DNA of 32,000 nt from Promethearchaeum syntrophicum (GTDB lineage: Archaea > Asgardarchaeota > Lokiarchaeia > Sigyniarchaeales > Promethearchaeaceae), in contig NZ_CP042905.2 of NCBI RefSeq assembly GCF_008000775.2, positions 2,520,001 to 2,552,000 on the forward strand, given 5' to 3'. Of the stretch, positions 29,251 through 32,000 are shown one piece after another. The position numbers were made by a program, and so were the translations under genes. The notes beneath the pieces are model-generated. The model worked only from the letters and a program-made list of their open reading frames with translations. It searched no databases and was not told the origin of the DNA. Position 1 is the first letter of the stretch, and each line of letters begins with the position of its first letter.

Positions 29251-31086
29251 CTAATTTTTCTCTCCTTCTTTGCTAATTTGCAAGAGTTCTTCCAATGTTT
29301 TATCAAATCGAGTGAGAAAAATTTTTCTATATTCTTCACAATCTCTAAGTAAATCATAATGAGTCCCCTTGGCTATGATATGACCTTGTTTTAGAACTAA
29401 AATAAGATCAGCCCATCGAATCTGGCTCAATCTATGAGTTATTAAAAATGTCGTTCGTCCTTCCAACACGCGAGAGATTGCCCGTTGAATAAGTTCTTCA
29501 GTAGCAGAATCTATTGCTGAAGTAGAATCATCTAGAATTAAAATCTTTGGATCCGACAGAAAAGCTCTAGCTATTGCCAACCTTTGCCTTTCCCCACCAC
29601 TTAATTGAACACCTCGTTCTCCGATCTCAGAATCAAATTGTTTTGGGAGATCCATAATAAAATTATAAGCTTGAGCATCTTTTGCTGCTTTAATAATTTG
29701 TTCTTTTGAGCCCACTTGCCCAAAAGCTATATTCTCTGAAATAGAATTTGAGAACAAAAATAAATCTTGTTCAATGTAAGAGATCTGATTTCTTAAAGAT
29801 TCTAAAGAATAATTGGTTATATTTAAATTATCAACCAATATATTACCATTGGAAACATTATATAACCGTGAAATCAGCTTGGTTAAAGTAGTTTTACCTG
29901 ATCCAGTTGTTCCGACAATAGCAACAGTTTGTCCGGGTAAGACTTCAAACGATATGTTTTTTAATACTTCAGATTTTGTTCCTGGGTAACTGAAAGAAAC
30001 ATTTTCAAATTTGATATGTCCTTTAATTTTTTTCGCTATAGGTTCGGGATTCTCTCTAATTTCAGAATGGGCATTCATTATTTCAAGTAATCTTCTAGCA
30101 CCAGCAATTGATCTTTGTACAATCCTAAACGACCATATTGAAATGAAGGTGGGAAATCTTAAAATCATAAGAAGCCCTATATACCCAATAATATCCCCAA
30201 TACTAACTAAACCTTCACGATAAAGTAGAGTTCCATGTAATAAACCAAATGTGATAGTAAGTGCGACAAATAAGATAGGAATATATTTAGCTTGAATTTC
30301 TCCTTCTTTTATTCCTAAATTTAGGTAGTCTTTTGCTTTTTTTTTATATTTCGATCCTGCTTTGTTTTCTTGAGCCATTCCTTTAATTACTTCAATTCCG
30401 GATAAGGATTCATTCAGAATTGCATTTAAATTCCCAAATTCTATTTGCGATTGGGTTGTAACAGGAGATAGTTTTTTTGTGTATCTTTTTAACGAAATTG
30501 CAAAAACAATTGAAAATAAAATGGGAGCTATTAAGAATTGGTTAGGATATTTTATTAAAATCAAAATAATCGGAGAAATGCTATTAACTAATGCCTCTAA
30601 AATTAATGTTAAGGCAGGACTAATTAAGAAATTTAATTGTCTCACATCCCATGTTGATCTTGCCATTAAATCTCCAATTTTTTGTTGATCGTGAAACGAA
30701 AGACTTTTTCCTAAGAGACTAACATAAAATTCATCCCGAGTATCTCTTTCCATTCGTTGAGCAAGGGTTTCCCGTAACAAGTTAGCGCATAAATCAACAA
30801 TTGGGACTGATGCCCCGAATAATAGAACTCTCAGTGTAAGATACACAATATCATCATTTCCATCAATGAAAGCTTGAATTGTTTCACCTACGATAGTCAT
30901 GGAAATACTATATAATACTGAAGAAATTATTACTAACGATAACCAAGTAACTATAAAAAATTTATTGCTCTTATAGAAAAGGTGTTTCAAAATCCACTGA
31001 GCTGGACCCTTCCTCCTCGCCCTTTCAAAAGGATCATGAGTTAAACCAAATTCCTTATAGTTATTTACTAAAATATCTGTGCTCAT
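29251..31086 (-). CDS. ABC exporter half-transporter (TMD-NBD), degenerate Walker B
   Basis: Walker A GTTGSGKTTLTKLI, signature QLSGGERQRLAIARA, Walker B ILILDDSTSAID, LITHRLSQI. Directly abuts 27445-29250. Confidence 0.93.
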   Translation of the reverse strand: MSTDILVNNYKEFGLTHDPFERARRKGPAQWILKHLFYKSNKFFIVTWLSLVIISSVLYSISMTIVGETIQAFIDGNDDIVYLTLRVLLFGASVPIVDLCANLLRETLAQRMERDTRDEFYVSLLGKSLSFHDQQKIGDLMARSTWDVRQLNFLISPALTLILEALVNSISPIILILIKYPNQFLIAPILFSIVFAISLKRYTKKLSPVTTQSQIEFGNLNAILNESLSGIEVIKGMAQENKAGSKYKKKAKDYLNLGIKEGEIQAKYIPILFVALTITFGLLHGTLLYREGLVSIGDIIGYIGLLMILRFPTFISIWSFRIVQRSIAGARRLLEIMNAHSEIRENPEPIAKKIKGHIKFENVSFSYPGTKSEVLKNISFEVLPGQTVAIVGTTGSGKTTLTKLISRLYNVSNGNILVDNLNITNYSLESLRNQISYIEQDLFLFSNSISENIAFGQVGSKEQIIKAAKDAQAYNFIMDLPKQFDSEIGERGVQLSGGERQRLAIARAFLSDPKILILDDSTSAIDSATEELIQRAISRVLEGRTTFLITHRLSQIRWADLILVLKQGHIIAKGTHYDLLRDCEEYRKIFLTRFDKTLEELLQISKEGEKN

Positions 31087-31176
31087 ATCTGTTTAAAATT
31101 AAATGTTCAGAATCAATTTTCAATTTTACTGTTATAAAACTTAATATCTTTAATTTAAGAATAATTAAATTAATTA

Positions 31177-32000
31177 ATGGAATTATTCCATTTTCTAAAT
31201 CTTCAATCTCAAAAACCTTTGCTGGATTATATTCAAAACATCCAGACCTTTTCTAATCATTGGATCAATCCTTCTGCAAAGTTGGATCGCGTTGTTTTTT
31301 CGAAAATTTCTGAGGCAGAACAATTTTTGGAAAGTTTCACTCAAAATGAGAACCTAATTAAAAAAATTGGACTTCCTTCAATTATTTGCTCTTTGGATTC
31401 AGCTTATGAGTTAGAACACGTTTTAGATTTACTAAATGAACAAAAAAACATAAAATGTGAAATTTTATGCACAGATTCACCTAAAATGGATGAAGATATT
31501 CAATATTTTTTGCAAGATAAACTTCCCGAATTTAAATCGAAAATATCTCCCAGGTTTTCATTAGTTCACACAAATTATGAGATAAATCTTAATACAAATC
31601 TTCAAAAAAAGAGAAAAAAAACCTCAAGAAAACCACCCCTCCATTTTCAAAAATTATTAAAAAAATTTGGAACTGATCTTTTTCCTTCAATAATTGGTAA
31701 CGAATATTATGGAAATCAAGTATTTAACTCAATTATGAGCTTAATTTTATCCCAAATTACAAATAATGGAGATTTATCAGATCTTAGTACAATTATTCCA
31801 AGTTCTCCAATGAAATTTTATGATCTCCAAAATAAAGATGAAAAAAGCTTTGAATTTAGATTCCAAAAATATCTTTCAATAAAAGAACTAAAGACTTGGC
31901 TAGAATCAATTAGGGTAGGATTTGACATGTTAAGATTATCTTATATTTATGAATCTTGGTCTACTAAACTCGATTTTAAATCTGCAGGTTCGGATAGATT
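31177..32000 (+). CDS. Hypothetical protein, truncated by window end
   Basis: Not in the supplied ORF track. ATG at 31177 opens MELFHFLNLQSQKPLLDYIQNIQTFSNHWINPSAKLDRVVFSKISEAEQFLESFTQNENLIKKIGLPSIICSLDSAYELEHVLDLLNE... and stays open to 32000 (274 codons). No family recognised. Confidence 0.75.
   Translation, partial: MELFHFLNLQSQKPLLDYIQNIQTFSNHWINPSAKLDRVVFSKISEAEQFLESFTQNENLIKKIGLPSIICSLDSAYELEHVLDLLNEQKNIKCEILCTDSPKMDEDIQYFLQDKLPEFKSKISPRFSLVHTNYEINLNTNLQKKRKKTSRKPPLHFQKLLKKFGTDLFPSIIGNEYYGNQVFNSIMSLILSQITNNGDLSDLSTIIPSSPMKFYDLQNKDEKSFEFRFQKYLSIKELKTWLESIRVGFDMLRLSYIYESWSTKLDFKSAGSDR

Noticed and set aside
1-32000. CRISPR array or cas genes
   Set aside because: No regularly spaced 25-40 nt repeats were seen by eye, and no ORF carries recognisable Cas motifs.

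Overview
This is an AT-rich archaeal chromosomal window. Archaeal origin is supported by a convincing CarS (CDP-archaeol synthase). An Asgard-like affiliation is only an inference, from a membrane protein ending in a longin/roadblock-like domain. Most of the window is ordinary metabolic, repair, transport and signalling genes. These include a CysK-like enzyme, a split Ada/Ogt repair pair, two overlapping MscS channels, a large TPR protein, an HIBADH-like oxidoreductase, a flavoprotein, a CoA-disulfide-reductase-like enzyme, OsmC, a Xer-type recombinase, a dGTPase-like HD protein, FkbM, and a heterodimeric ABC exporter. The strongest unusual signal is at 22.3-25.2 kb. A two-gene module (DUF3696-type AAA ATPase plus a candidate PD-(D/E)XK nuclease) lies between the intact 3' end of carS (22258-22303) and a second, detached copy of that 3' end (25126-25171; 40/46 identical, all six differences at third codon positions). 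This looks like the footprint of a small defence-like island that entered at the carS 3' end. A beta-class m4C-type DNA methyltransferase lies on the other side of carS. Other points of interest are a SufS/CsdA-like protein that has apparently lost both the PLP lysine and the catalytic-cysteine motif, a degenerate receiver domain, and a split Ada pair in an archaeon.
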